A stretch of DNA of 64,000 bases from Squalus acanthias (GCA_030390025.1 CM059432.1:118856001-118920000), one strand, 5' to 3'; positions 49,633 through 63,570 are shown, counted from the stretch's first letter. The notes: generated from the sequence alone by a model not told the origin. Made by a program: numbers and translations.

Positions 49633-50396
49633 GGCCGGATTTTGCGGTCAGCGGCAAAGGAAAGCCGCTCGCCATTCACCTCAAAAACAGCTGCCCACAA
49701 AGTTTTTTGTGGGCTTCAGAGCACAGACTTCCTCTTTTCCAGCCTCAGTTTGAATTTGGCGCCCTCTACAGGGGATCTGTGGTGTCTGTGAACAGGGCAA
49801 CCAGCAGGGAGGCTGATCAACCAATCAGATTGCAGAATCTTCACAGATGACAAAGCAGGAAGTAAAAGGCAGGAAATATAAATTACATTTAAATCATTGT
49901 ACAAAAAGCAAAATAAAGATTGGGATATACACATGTGATTAAGGGAGAAACTTAAATAGAAAAACACAAACATTTAAAACTATATTTTTTAAATCTGCAA
50001 CATTAATTTTCTTCTGAGGGAATGAGACTCCGCACTTGTAAAATTAATTTAAATTAATTTTTCATGGTCAGAGAGGTTGTTCAACAGTAATTATGACTTA
50101 CTTCCCCGTTAAAAATTCAGTTACTACTGAATGAACAAGGCTTAAGTTTTTCATTGGTCTTTAGTGCGATAATAGTGGATAATTAGTTTAAGTTCACGCT
50201 TTCACAGTGTGCAGATTCCATCGGCAAAGACTGCAATAGCGCACCCTGTGGAGGAGCAAGGTATTTCTGATGGCAACTTTCTAATTTCCCCGTCTAACTG
50301 CGCATGTGCGTACGCCATAAGTTGCTGTCAGTTTTACCCAGTAATAATGGCGAGTGCTGACAGCCTCACCGTTATTAGTACAGCAAAATCCAGGCC
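49633..50396. mobile_element. Harbinger-type MITE
   Basis: TIRs ggccggattttgc / gcaaaatccaggcc; TSD AAT. Confidence 0.82.
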
Positions 50397-50599
50397 AATA
50401 AATTAAATATAAGTTTCATTTTGCAAGGCTTTATGCTCAATGGAAGCATAGATCAGCAAATCAGATGTAGAGGTCAGTGCACCTGTATTGGTGACTGTTA
50501 CAAAATTTGTGAGTTTACAGTAGATATTCTCTTGGGCTCAGTGTCACCAGTCACTCCCATAATATGACTTTGCAGCACCAATGATCTGGAGTGCACCTT

Positions 50600-50812
50600 T
50601 ACTGGCCACATTATCCCTCAACGAACATCCCTAAAGCAGATTATCTGGTCATTATCTCATTGCTGTTTGTGGGAGCTTGCTGTGCACAGGTTAGCTGCTG
50701 TGTTTTCTATATTACAACAGTGACTACATTTCAAAAGTACTTCATTGGCCATAAATGGCATTGGGACGTCCTGAGGTCATGAAAGGCCCTATATAAATGC
50801 AAGTCTTTTTTT
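50600..50812 (+). mobile_element. DeuSINE 3' half
   Basis: Matches 39800-40014. Confidence 0.82.
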
Positions 50813-51133
50813 CATCTTACTGCTCAATATTCGGTGAAACAATAGTGTAACCTGAGGATCATGAGAATAGACCCTTGTTGGATGTACTCAGTACTATGAT
50901 CTTGCATATGCGACCACGTGCATTTTCCCGTCTTTCCGGAAGATGGACTGAAAAACATTCTAATGAGTCAAGGCTAATTGTAAACCAACAAGCTGGTTTA
51001 TTTTACATGAAGTATATGAATTAATAGAATTTTCCAGTGAGATACATCTATTTCCTACTACTCCTCATGTTATATAAAATAAGAAAATATATAACCTTTC
51101 CACTTTCTAGGAATAACCCACTCACTAACTTAG

Positions 51134-51777
51134 TTGGCCTTTATTTCAAGGGGGATAGAGTATAAAAGTAGGGAAGTCTTGCTACAATTGTACAGGGCAC
51201 TGGTGAGACCACATCTAGAGTACTGCATCCAGATTTGGTCCCCTTATTTAAGGAGGGATATACTTGCATTGGAGGCAGTTCAGAAAACGTTCACTAGGTT
51301 GATTCCTGGGATGGAAGAGTTGTCTTATGAGGAAAGGTTTAGCAGGTTGGACCTATACTCATTGGAGTTTAGAAGAATGAGAGGTGATCTTATTGAAACA
51401 TATAAGATTCTGAGGGGGTTGGACAGGGTAGATGCTGAGAGGATGTTTCCCCTCGTGGGGGAATCTAGAACGAGAGGTCATAGTCTCAGAATAAGGGGTC
51501 GCCCATTTAAGACGGAGATGAGGAGGAATTTCTTCTCTCAGAGGGTCATGAATCTTTGGAATTCTCTACCCGAGAGAGCTGTGGAAGCTGAGTCAGTGAA
51601 TATATTCAAGGCTGAGATAGACAGATTTTTGAGTAGCAGGGGAGTCAAGGGTTATGGGGAGCAGGCAGGAAAGTGTAATTGAGGCCAAAATCGGATCAGC
51701 CATGATCTCATTAAATGGCGGAGCAGGCTCGAGGGGTCGAACGGCCTGCTCCTGCTCCTATTGCTTATGTTCTTATG
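51134..51777 (+). mobile_element. CR1 3' fragment with open 182-aa RT C-terminus
   Basis: LVRPHLEYCIQIWSP...RGDLIETYK; 3' stem-loop and tail. Confidence 0.92.
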
Positions 51778-52482
51778 CCACTTACTTTCTTACAGGCTAT
51801 CTGTGTTCATACCTCAGCCTGGAGTCTCTCTCTGACAAATTATAGAGAAACCTCCCTGTGTCACTCTATATTCCAGACTGCCCAGAGAGAGATTGTCTTC
51901 TGGCCCCTCCTTCAACGTTGTGTATTGGGGATGGTCCACTGAGCTGCCAACCTGAATGCATCCTCTTTGGTTTGAAAGCTTATGGCAACTGTAGTGGCTG
52001 TTCAGCTGGGCCCTCAGGTGGGCATAATGAATGAAAACTATTCTACAATAATGTCCAGAAACATCTAGGACCTCCAATTAATGAACCTCACTGTCACATG
52101 CAAAAGTACATAGCTTAATATCTGTGCTGGCTGGTTTCTCATCCTGAGAACCAAATAAAACAACCTTCTAATTGGCTTGTGTACCTTTGGTGTTAACCCT
52201 TTTTAAGTTGAATCTAATTTCATAGCAGTATCATAACATAAGTTAAAACAAAATTGCTTCCAGGCCATATGGGTAAAAAGCCCCAAAATGTTAAAGTAGC
52301 ACTTTTGATCTTCCTGTGATTCATTTTATTCATCTGAAAATTGGGAGCTCTGCAGATTATGTGCACTGGCTACTTTACTTAATTCTCCAATCTGCACTTC
52401 CATTGACCAGTGACATACCCGAAACCTTGCGAAATTTAAACTGTATTTTTTATTGTATTTATGTCAACCAATCAAAGCAAAA

Positions 52483-52562
52483 GAACTTAAGAATTAGGAG
52501 CAGAAGTAGGCCTTTCCACCCTTAAGCCTGCTCCGCCATTCAATGAGATCATGGCTGATCTT
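52483..52562 (-). mobile_element. CR1 3' UTR remnant
   Basis: Reverse complement of gatcagccatgatctcattgaatggcggagcagg...ctgctcctaattctt. Confidence 0.75.
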
Positions 52563-54279
52563 GTAGCAGGTAGAAGTAGAAAGAAAATTAATAATTTTCC
52601 TTTATCCACAATTGTAACCATCCAATCTAGCCAGTAAAGAATGAATAAAGTCCTGCTACGCATGGGATATTGGATAAATGCATCATCTATTGTGGTATAG
52701 TGCTGTACAAACCAAGAACATTTTGGTTTGATCCCTCCTCTGTGCTTAGTTAGCCAGTCTCAGCCAGTGGCATTAATGGGACCTTACAGTTAACCTCAGC
52801 TTTCCCAGCAAAAATCAGCCATGAATCCTTCACCTCATCACTATCGTCTGATTCCTGCTGGAAGTGAGCGTGCGTGGACAGCAAATAAGGATAGAGTTAG
52901 GTGGGGGGGTGATACCTGCATGATTTTGTAGCCTTTTGGGCTCACTTTCCAGGCTCACAGATGAAGTGTTGTGCGAAGTACTGGGGAACAGCTGGTGCTT
53001 GTTAAAATCAATCGCAGCGTGAGTCATCACTTTCAGGGCGGAATGGGCAAGGACTAAAAAAAGAGGGAAGGTTGGAGGAAAAAAACCAAATCAGCGAAAC
53101 CAATGAGAGCCATTCTAATTTTTTTTTGCCTTTATCAAACTGATCTTTTGTTATGAATCGTGCATATTTACTGATGAGATTTCCAAGCATTATAATAGAA
53201 ATTTATGGCATAGAAGGAGGCCATTTAACCCATCGTGTCTGTGCCGGCTTATGGGTTGCTGAAATCTGAGGCCTGCTCAGCACCCATTCATCCATTGCAT
53301 TAAGGTACGTCCCTGAAGCATCAGTGATGCTCAGAGCCAGTGCAATGCCCATATAATAAGTCCCACTTTGATTTTAAAGAGGGGCCCTCCCATAATGTGA
53401 CTGAGCAGTACTTCAGCCACTTGATATCTGTTTGGAATGGGGGATGCAGAGACTTGTACCAAAAAGGAACAACTCTTCTTTGGACTCAAATGGCCAATCA
53501 AAGAAAGGGGTCATTGTGCCCCGATCTGCTGATAGTGGGGAAAAATGGTAGCACGGTACGGGCATTGCTGTTGGTACTAAACATTCCATCCTCCCACTCC
53601 TGTAGCGTTTAGAACCATAGAACTATACACGTTCGCAGCACAGACGAAGGCCATTCAGCCCACTGTGTCTGAGCAGACTCTTTGCTGGAGCAATCAAGAA
53701 CTAATCCAACTGCTTCACTCTCTCCATAGCCTTGTATCATTCTCTGCTTTGAATATCCAATTTTCCTTTAGATGGAGCAATGGTCTCTGCCTCAACCGCT
53801 CCAGCGGGTCACACGCTAAGCACCAGGTACACTACTAAAATACTTAATGAGCGGACCTGTTATTATCACATGAGGTTCGCTCCTTTGGACACAAGCACAT
53901 GTAATGTATTAGAAGCAGTGGCCCCGGCGGCCCTTTGCCCAGTCAACCTCAATAATAAACTATTGCTATTTCAGTGAGAAAATAATGTATTTTTCACGAA
54001 TGATCTGAAAGGTAAATATAATCACATGATTTATGCTTTTAAGGTATATGGTGCTGTTCTGGTTGGTTTGCCCATCATTTTACCAAGTAGGAGTAGGTAC
54101 TGTGCAATACAAAATTTTGAATAGAGCAGTCTAATATAACGGTTCAGACTCAACCTTTAGTGTTCCACTACAAGACTTCCATTTCACATTTTGACAGTTC
54201 TTGTGGCCTTTTAGAATTAGTTTTTTTTTAAATTAGAGTTAACATTTATGGTTATTTTATGCTATGGACTTGTATTATC

Positions 54280-54760
54280 AGTTTCAGCTTGGCTCAACTG
54301 GTAGACCCGCTTGGCTCGGAGTCAGAAGCTCACGGAGTCGAGCCACATTTCAGAACCAGAACACATAATTTAGTCTACCATTTCAGTGCAGTGCTGAGGG
54401 AGTGCCACATTGTTGGAGAAGCAGTCTTTCAGATGAAATGTCAAACCAAGGCCCTGCTGCTAGTTAAGATGGATACAAAAGTTCCCATTGCACAATTTGA
54501 AAAAGAGAACGAGGTTTCCTCGTGAGCTGGCCAACATTTGTCCTTCAATCGACAACACCAAAAACAAAGTAGCTGGCCAGTTATCTCATTATTAACTCAT
54601 TTGCTGGGTTTGTGTGACATTGCTGGGTTCAAATCGGCTGCAGCTTTTGTCCACAAAACAACAGTGCCTGCACTTCAGATAGTGATTAATTGGATATGAA
54701 GTGCTATGGGATGTCCTAGGACATGTTAAGTTGCTATATAAATGCAAGTTTTTCCTTTTT
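54280..54760 (+). mobile_element. DeuSINE, full length, older
   Basis: Colinear with 39571-40014 from the tRNA head to gctatataaatgcaag. Confidence 0.8.
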
Positions 54761-55219
54761 TACTGACTGTAAACTGAATTGAGATCACCAAACCCCATTT
54801 CTTTAAGATCCTTAGCAGCCATCAAAGTACAGATACTTTCCTTACATCTCCCAGAATTGAAATTGAAACCTTGCCCTAGTGACAGTATTTTGACAGTCTC
54901 TGCCATCCAATCCATGAAATATCTATATATAAACTTTTTAAAGTGTTGCTATTAGCATGTTACATATTGTGTGTGTGTGGGAGGACATTTCTGTGAAATA
55001 ATATTCCACATTTCATAATGTTGTGAAAATAAGGTCATATTTTTGACTCAGTTATAAGTTTGGGTTGCAAGAAAAATTATTTTAATTTATCCCCATTGGA
55101 ATAAAGCCACCTTAGCTACCCCTTGTATACATACATACATGCATACATACGCATATACACATACTGGGAGCACACATTCTTGTACTCAGCTGCAAACAAG
55201 GTCCATATAAAGCTGTCCA

Positions 55220-55640
55220 TTCATTTTGTGGATGTGGGTATCGCTAGCAAGGTCAGCATTTATTGCCCATCCCTAGTTGCCTTTCTGAAGGCGGTGGTGA
55301 GCCTTCTGCTTGAACTGCTGCAGTCCGTGTGGTGAAATGCTGTTAGGTTGGGCATTCGGGGATTTTAACCCAGCGACAATGAAGGAACAACGATATATGT
55401 CCAAGTCTGGATGGCGTGTGACTTGGAGGGGAATTTGGAGTTGATGGTGTTTCCATACTCCTGCTGTCTTGTCCTTCTATGTGATGGAAGTTGTGGGTTT
55501 AGGAGGTGCTGTCGAACATGCTTTGGCAAGTTCCTGCAGTGCATCTTGCAGATAGTACTCACTGCAGCCCTGGTGCGCCAGTGGTGGAGGGAGTGGATAT
55601 TTAAGGCGGTGGATGGACTGCCAATCAAGAGGACTACTGC
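55220..55640 (-). mobile_element. Family A LINE 3' fragment, older
   Basis: LIGSPSTALNIHSLHH; 3' UTR homology. Confidence 0.8.
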
Positions 55641-55772
55641 TAACAATATCCCAAACCAGTTTAATATTCCTTTGGAATTGCCATGAAATGTTAATTCGTT
55701 AATCTAGGAACACTTAAAATATATTTGAGTTGATCACTTAAATAAGCACAAACTTAATTATACTAAGCCACC

Positions 55773-56266
55773 ATGGGTTGCATCCAGCAGGGGCTTGTCC
55801 CAGTCAGCGCTACCTTACAGATGCAGTGTGCCTACATGGCTCAAACTCACATCTTGATGATGTAAAAGAGCAGATTTACCAGCTGGCAAAGAAGGGCCTG
55901 ACCCCTCCATAGATTGGTGTGATCCTAAAGGATTCCCATGGTGTTGTCCAGATGCGTTTTGTTACTGGGAACAAGGTCCTGAGGATCCTGAAGCCCAAGG
56001 GGCTGCCTCCGAACCTTCCACAGGATTTGTGCCGCTGTGGCTGTCTGCAAACATTTGGAGAGAAACAGGAAAGATAAAGATGCCAAGTTCTGTTTGATTC
56101 TTATTGAGAACAGAATCCACAGACTAGCTCGTTATTACAAGTCCATGAGGGCACTTCAAACCAACTGCAAGTATGAATCTTCCACAGCTCCAGCATTTGT
56201 AGCCCAAGAAAATTCTTCATTGGTTTATTAAAATTGAAAATAAAATGCTTACATCTTGTTAAAAAA
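55773..56266 (+). pseudogene. RPS13: Processed pseudogene of 40S ribosomal protein S13
   Basis: gccaccATGG start. Intronless fragments [102 protein letters not shown]...[12 protein letters not shown]. Carries frameshifts, an in-frame stop and small deletions; AATAAA at ~56239 and an A-run at ~56261. Confidence 0.93.
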
Positions 56267-57444
56267 TATATAAGAGTAACAAACAGGTGAGAATGATTTT
56301 GAGGCTGCAATCTAATCTTGGGGTTCAGCGACATTCAGAAACCACTTGAGATTCACCCTGTCAGTTGGCGATTTTGTCTGAATCTTGCCAATAAGGTTAC
56401 ATCAGGCTTCTAATTTACTTTTTGCTTTTGATTATTTTAAAGGGGGAGGGCTGTCCGTATTCTTCATTTATTTATTTTATCTTCCCCCTTGTGGATATCG
56501 CAATACCGAAGGTTCTTTGTTTGAACCAACTGTGTACAGGGCCTTTTAGTGTTTACTCTTTATATCTGCCACATCAAATCAATTACAAATATGTGGTAGC
56601 GTAAAAATCACTGATGCAATCGGGGTGATCATTTTGATCTGCTCTGCTAGTGTTCAAGAAAGCTAAGTCAATTGGGATGTCAGACATTGTTTGTTGAGGG
56701 AATTGAACTGATGATTGTCACTGCAGGAACACCGATGCACTGCCTCCTTCATCGCTCCAGTCACACGTGAGGGAATAGGCTGGGAAGGAACAGCACCATA
56801 AATCTCACAGACTATTCTGCAGCACAGTGATGTACACCAGCCCCATAGAAACGCTGCTAAACAAATAGTTATTCCCATTTAAACCGTGGCAAAAAGTTGA
56901 GATATGTAGCTCATAAGTATATCTGTTGTATGTACCATAAATATTCAATTTGTTACGTGATTGCTTAAAATAGTAGTAATTTGATTGGTCACTTGGTTTA
57001 CTTATAGAGCAAATTAATTTAATTTTTTGAACAAGAGCAGCAATGTTATAAGTCATTAGTTGTCCAAGTTCAGGTCAGTAAACAGAGAAAGTGTTCGCGA
57101 TTAAACACAATTCTTTAATTCTAATGCTAAATATTGCATGCTTGCCAAAAATTGTGATCTGCAAGTGTTATATCATTGGAAGCAAGCTGCAGAGGTAATT
57201 CAGCTTGAAGAGGAGGTGATGCAGTGGTAAATCCTACAGTCACGATACCATTCGGTATTCAACAACCATTAGGTAAAATTGTCATTTTGCTCAAGTATTT
57301 ATCTGCTAACCTAAACTGCTAATTATTTCATCGCGGAGCGGATTCATTTATTAGTTGTGGTGTCTTGTAGAATATACAAGTTTACCTTATATAAATTATC
57401 AATGACAATCAACCTTCAATCCTTTGGAGTACTTAGGCTTCTAT

Positions 57445-60400
57445 TGTAAGGGGAATAGATAGGCGTTTCTGCGGCCGCAAACGAGACTCAAGGACGGTAT
57501 GTTGCCTCCCTGGTGCAAGGGTCAAGGATGTCTCAGGGTGGCTGCAGGGCATTCTGGAGGGGGAGGGTGAACAGCCAGTTGTCGTGGTGCATATAGGTAC
57601 CAACAATATAGGTAAAAACCGGGATGAGGTCCTAAAAGCTGAATATAGGGAGTTAGGAGGTAAATTAAAAAATAGGACCTCAAAGGTAGTAATCTCAGGA
57701 TTGCTACCAGTGCCACGTGCTAGTCAGAGTAGAAATAGAAGGATATTTCAGATGAATACGTGGCTAGAGGAATGGTGCAAGGGGGAGGTATTCAAATTTC
57801 TGGGACATTGGAACCGGTTCTGGGGGAGGTGGGACCAAAACAAACTGGACGGTTTGCACCTGGGCAGGACCAGGACCGATGTCCTAGGGGGAGTGTTTGC
57901 TAGTGCTGTTGGGGAGGATTTAAACTAAAATGGCAGGGGGTTGGGAACCTGTACAAGGAGACAGAGGAAAGGGAAGCAAGGATAAAAACAAAAGACAGGA
58001 AGGAGAAAAGCAAAAGTGGAAGGCAGAGAAATCAAGGGTGTGAATCAAACAGGGCTACAGCAAATAATAATTCTAAAAGGACTAAGAGTGTTAAAAAAAC
58101 AAGCCTGAAGGCGTTGTGTCTTAATGTGAGGAGCATTCATAATAAGGTGGCTAAATTAGATGCGCAAATAGATGTAAACGGATATGATATAATTCCGATT
58201 ACGGAGACATGGCTCCAGGGTGACCAAGGCTGGGAATTCAACATCCAGGGGTATTCAATAATCAGGAAGGACAGGCAAAAAGGAAAAGGAGGTGGGGTAG
58301 CATTGCTGGTTAAAGAGGCGATTAACACAATAGTAAGGAAGGATATTAGCTCTGATGATGTGGAATCTGTATGGGTAGAGCAGAGAAACACCAAGGGGCA
58401 GAAAACGTTAGTGGGAGTTGTATACAGACCCCCAAACAGTAATGCTGAGGTTGGGGATGGCATTAAATTGAAATTAGAGATGCGTGCAATAAGGGCACAG
58501 CAGTTATCATGGGTGACTTTGATCTACATATAGATTGGGCTAACCAAATCACTAACAATACTGTGGTGGAGGAATCCCTAGAGTGTATACGAGATGGTTT
58601 CCTGGACCAATATGTCAAGGAACCAACTAGAGATCAGGCCATCTTAGACTGGGTATTATGTAATGAGAAAGGATTAATTAGCAATCTTGTTGTGCAAGGC
58701 CCCTTGGGGAGGAGCGATCATAAGATGATAGAATTCTTCATTATGATGGAGAGTGAAGTAGTTGACTCAGAGACTAGGTCCTGAATTTAAATAAAGGAAA
58801 CTACAATGGTATAAGGCATGAGCTGGCTAGGATGGATTGGGGAGCGTTACTTAAAGGGTTGACGGTGGATAGGCAATGGCAAACATTTAAAGATCGCATG
58901 GATGAACTACAGAATTTGTTCATCCCTGTTTGGCATAAAAATAAAACAAAAATGGTGACTCAACCATGGCTAACAAGGGAAATTAGGGATAGCATAAGAT
59001 CCAAGGAGAGGACAGATAAATTGGCCAGAAAAAGCAGCAAACCTGAAGATTGGGAGCAGTTTAGAATTCAGCAAAGGAGGACAAAGGGATTAATTAAGAG
59101 GGGGAAAATAGAATATGAGAGTAAGCTTGCAGGAACATAAAAACTGACTTTTAAAGCTTCTATAGATATGTGAAGAGAAAAAGATTGATGAAGTCAAGCA
59201 TAGGTCCCTTGCAGTCAGAATCAGGGGAATTTATAATGGGGAACAAAGAAATGGCAGAACAATTAAATACATACTTTGGTTCTGTCTTCACAAAGGAGGA
59301 CACAAATAACCTCCCAGAGATGTCAGGGAACATAGGGTCTAATGAGAGGGAGGAATTGAATGAAATCAGTATTTGTAGGGAAATGGTGTTAGGGAAATTG
59401 ACGGGATTGAAGGCCGATAAATCCCCACGACCTGATAATCTACATCGTAGGGTACTTAAGGAAGTGGCCCAAGAAATAGTAGATGCATTGCTGGTCATCT
59501 TCCAAAATTCTATAGACTCTGGAACAGTTCCCATGGATTGGAGGGTAGCTAATGTAACCCCACTATTTAAAAAAGGTGGTAGAGAGAAAACGGGGAATTA
59601 TAGACCGGTAAGCCTGACATCGGTAGTGGGGAAAATGCTAGAGTCCATTATAAAAGATGTAATAGCAGAGCACTTGGAAAACAGTGACAGGATCGGACAA
59701 AGTCAACATGGATTTAAAAAGCTAAATCATGCTTGACTAATCTACTGGAATTTTTTGAGGATGTAACTGGTAGAATAGATAAGGGAGAACCAGTGGATGT
59801 AGTGTATTTGGACTTTCAGAAGGCTTTCGATAAGGTCCCGCATAAGAGATTAGCGTGCAAAGTTAAAGCACATGGGATTGGGGGTAAGGTACTGACTTGG
59901 ATAGAGAACTGGTTGGCAGACAGGAAGCAAAGACTTGGAATAAATGGGTCTTTTTCTGAGTGGCAGGCAGTAACTAGTGGGGTACCGCAGGGATCAGTGA
60001 TGGACCCCAGCTATTCACAATATATATTAATGATCTAGACGAGGGAACTAGATGTAATATATCCAAGTTTGCAGACATCACAAAGCTGGGTGGGTGTGTG
60101 TGCTGTGAGGAGGATGCAGAGAAACTCCAGTATGATTTGGACAGATTGGGTGATTGGGCAGATGCATGGCAGATGCAGTATAATGTGGATAAATGCGCGG
60201 TTATCCACTTTGGTGGCAAAAACAGGAAGACAGATTATTATCTGAATGGCAATAGATTGGGAAAAGGGGAAGTGCAATGAGACCTGGGTGTCCTTGTGCA
60301 CCAGTCGCTGAAGGTAAGCATGCAGGTGCAGCAGACGGTTAAGAAGGCAAATGGTATGTTGGCCTTCATAGCGAGAGGATTCGAGTACAGGAGCAAGGAT

Positions 60401-61000
60401 GTCTTGCTGCAGTTGTACAGGGCCTTGGTGAGACCACACCTTGAGTATTTTGTGCAGTTTTGGTCGCCTTATCTGAGGAAGGATGTTCTTGCCATGGAGG
60501 GAGTGCAGCGAAGATCACCAGACTGATACCTGGGATGGCAGGAATGACATATGAAGAGAGATTGGGTCGATTAGGCTTATATTCGCTGGAGTTTAGAAGA
60601 ATGAGAGGGGATCTCATTGAAACTTATAAAATTCTAACAGGACTAGACAGACCAGATGCAGGAAGGATGTTCCCGATGGTGGGGGAGTCCAGAACCAGGG
60701 GTCACAGTCTAAGGATAAGGGGTAAGCCATTTAGGACTGAGATGAGGAGGAATTTCTTCACCCAGAGAGTGGTGAACCTATGGAATTCTCTACCACAGAA
60801 GGCAATTGAGGCCAATTCATTAAATATATTCAAGAAGGAGTTAGATATATTTCTTAAGGTTAAAGGGATCAAGGGATATGGGGAGAAAGCAGGGACAGGG
60901 TACTGAATTTGGATGATCAGCCATGATCTCATTAAATGGCGGAACAGGCTCGAGGGGCTGAATGGCCTACTCCTGCTCCTATCTTCTATGTTTCTGTGTT
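57445..61000 (+). mobile_element. Long CR1 LINE retaining ORF1 SGNH/GDSL esterase domain and a frameshifted APE-RT ORF2
   Basis: ORF1 CCLPGARVKD, VHIGTNN, DGLHL (to 57928); ORF2 ITETW, YRPP, GDF, SDH, NYRPVSLTS, GVPQGS to 60906; 3' stem-loop and tail. Confidence 0.93.
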
Positions 61001-61200
61001 TCCTTCCCCTTTAATTATTGCTTTAATATTATAATCTAGAATGTACAATAGCAACATTTAAAAAGACAGTATGTATATGGTTTCTAGAAATGTGCAGCTT
61101 TTTATGCTTCAGAAGAATTAGCAGTATTATTTTTTTAATTAAAATCAATCCAAACTTGGCTTGGATTTTTACTATAAACCTATTTTTTTTATCTTTAAAG

Positions 61201-61242
61201 ATCCTGAATTTGCACACCTCGGTGCCCTGAAACCATTGCCAG
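61201..61242 (+). CDS. NETO1: NETO1 internal coding exon (linker between CUB1 and CUB2; likely exon 5)
   Basis: Polypyrimidine tract plus acceptor (tttttttatctttaaag|) and donor |gttagt. The 42-bp phase-1 exon translates (D)PEFAHLGALKPLP(A), matching the recalled human NETO1 linker DPDFKDLGALKPLPA. Confidence 0.93.
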
Positions 61243-61352
61243 GTTAGTACGTATGCAAACACATTAGATAATCATTTACACGAACAAGACTGTTTTCGAT
61301 CAGCCTGATTATGCCATGTGATTCCCCGTTTGATTTTTTTTCTCCAACTCAG

Positions 61353-61480
61353 CGTGTGAGTTTGAAATGGGAGGACCTGAGGGAATCATTGAATCAAAGC
61401 AAATCGTGCAGGAAGGCAAGGCCAGTCCCACGGAGGCAGTTGATTGTAAATGGTACATTCGTGCGCCACCAAAATCCAAG
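61353..61480 (+). CDS. NETO1: NETO1 internal coding exon, N-terminal part of second CUB domain (likely exon 6)
   Basis: Acceptor tttttttctccaactcag| and donor AAG|gtcagt. The 128-bp exon translates (A)[42 protein letters not shown], versus recalled human [43 protein letters not shown]. Phase is compatible with the upstream exon across a 110-bp intron. Confidence 0.95.
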
Positions 61481-62583
61481 GTCAGTGTTGTCCCTAGCAG
61501 GTAAAATTATTTAGAAGTATTGGATGAAGTTGTTTACAAATACTTTTTTGTTGTATTGGTGTATTCTTTTCTGACTGTGGTATCACTGCCCCATGATTCT
61601 ACTTGTCAATTTTCAGTCCGTGTCATCAACTCAAAAATCAACCAGTCAGTGATTTTTGATTGTGGAGCTTGAATGATAGAACAATATCTCCCCCAAAAAT
61701 TAAAATTGATTACCCTTGGTATAAACTTTGAAAGCTCCTGCCAAAACACTTTACTGGGCAATATATCTTGAGGCCAAATATTTATGATGTTACACACATC
61801 CCTTGGTGTTTATTTTACAGATTCTAACTTGTGGTTAACATTTTCACATGCACCATCGAAGAACAAGATTTCTGAGCCCACAGTAGCTTCAGAAATTCGG
61901 ACAATGTGTGCATCTACACATTGATAAATGCTCGTAGAAATCATGGGCAAAGGGAGATTGCAGCTATTACAAGAAGGAAATGGTGCAAGTGTAAAATAGG
62001 TACCACAGTTTTTTAATCTGGTAAAAGACATTCTTCACATATTTTGGTATTTATGTATTTCATACATGGTGTAAACCTACAGTTTCTAACTCAAAATGTT
62101 AATGCAAATTATTGATAAATTGCGAGTATTTTATATTCTGTGTTACTTGAAATCATTAAGACACCAAATGCTTGTCATTTTCTGACAAAATGAAACATAA
62201 TCTTCAGGAATTTCCTCGCTCCCGCTCCGCGCTGTAACCTCACTGGAAAACACGTTTAATCGCGTAAACAGGGTCCCCGCCACACTTCCGGCAAAGTTGT
62301 AGCAGCAGAATGGGAGCAGTTCCGAGGAACTTCCCGGCAAATGATTTCTGTGATTCTATTAACCATCCACTTTGGCATTTAGACCTACAAAGCTGAACCT
62401 CAGTGGTGAACCAGCACCCAAAGTGTTTTATCTCCAGCTTTCCAATGAGATGGTCACAGATTGTGTGTGCTACAACTAGAGTACAGTTAATCATTTCTGT
62501 CAGTTCAGTGAGGGCTATGTAGAGTGCTTTGTAAAAGTTACAAATTGTACTTGAGGGAGAGGTGAAAACTGGCAATGCCTATA

Positions 62584-62688
62584 GGAAATAAAAACAGAAA
62601 ATTCTGAAAACACTTAACAGTTCAGGCAGCATCTGTGGAGAGAGAAACAGAGTTAACATTTCAGGTCGGTGACCTTTCATCAAAACTC
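62584..62688 (-). mobile_element. Second copy of hammerhead repeat family 2 with degenerate core
   Basis: Minus strand GAGTT-tTGATGA-A-AGGTC(acc)GACCT-GAAA-tG-TT-AACTC followed by ctgtttctctctccacagatgctgcctg. Confidence 0.7.
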
Positions 62689-63034
62689 AATATGAACTTG
62701 AGCATCTATATGAACTTGGTGCAGTGTTGGCTGCAGGAATGGAGGTGTCTGAAGATCAGATTCGCTGTGCTTTCCTTGTTGAAGATGGCCACACTGATGT
62801 GAAAGGCTTTTGTGGGTGGTAGCTTTGAAAGTGCAAATATATTTGGAAAGAAACCAACATTAGTTGGGGCATTGCATATTTAATAATGCTCATTTGTACT
62901 GCCTGTGTGTACAGATTTGAAGGTCACTTGTGGATTGCACCAGAGCATGTAAGCAAAAAACAAGGGCAATAAAAAAACCGGACCATCAAATTGGGAGAAG
63001 TTGCGGCCTGTAGTCTTTATCAGAAAGTAATAAT

Positions 63035-63570
63035 TACATAGACATTACATAGGCCATACAGTGAAACCATTCCTTGTTGCTGCTTATCCTTCACACGAGC
63101 AATGTTACTAATCCCATGTGCCCACCCTGTTTTTATATATCTTTATGCCCCTTTTCCTTCAACTACCTATTTAATCTATTCTTAAATGTTGCTACGGTCT
63201 CTGATTCGATCACTAACTCTGGTAGTCCATTCCACAGCCTCACAACCCTATGAGTAATAAAAGTTCCTCCTGTTCTCTAACCTAAATCTCTTACATTTAA
63301 CCTTACATCTATGTTCCCTCGTTCTAGACCATTCAACTGCTGGGAACAGTCTGTTTTTATCTGCTCTCTCTGATCCCCTCAGGATTTAATCACCTCTATC
63401 AAGTCACCATATTATCCTCTTTGGTCTAATGAAAACGGACCCCATTTTTCAAGTCTTCCTTTGTATTTGTATTTCCTCATACCAGGAAGAATCTTAGTGG
63501 ATCTGCACTGCCTCAACATCTTTCCTATAGTATGCAGCCCAAAACTGTACATATTACTCCAACTTGGTAC
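63035..63570 (-). mobile_element. Old CR1 3' fragment
   Basis: Minus strand degenerate PSWSNMYSFG / GRLEKWGPFSL / GDLIEV motifs. Confidence 0.7.

Noticed and set aside
61821..62000. Good-looking acceptor ttattttacag and donor AG|gtacc
   Set aside because: In the required phase 0 it stops after 5 codons; no NETO1 similarity.
62200..62345. NGSSSEELPGK resembling NETO1 CUB2 'DGSSSVEDLKAK' (next exon)
   Set aside because: An in-frame TAG lies just upstream and there is no IYLRFLDYEM sequence; chance similarity.
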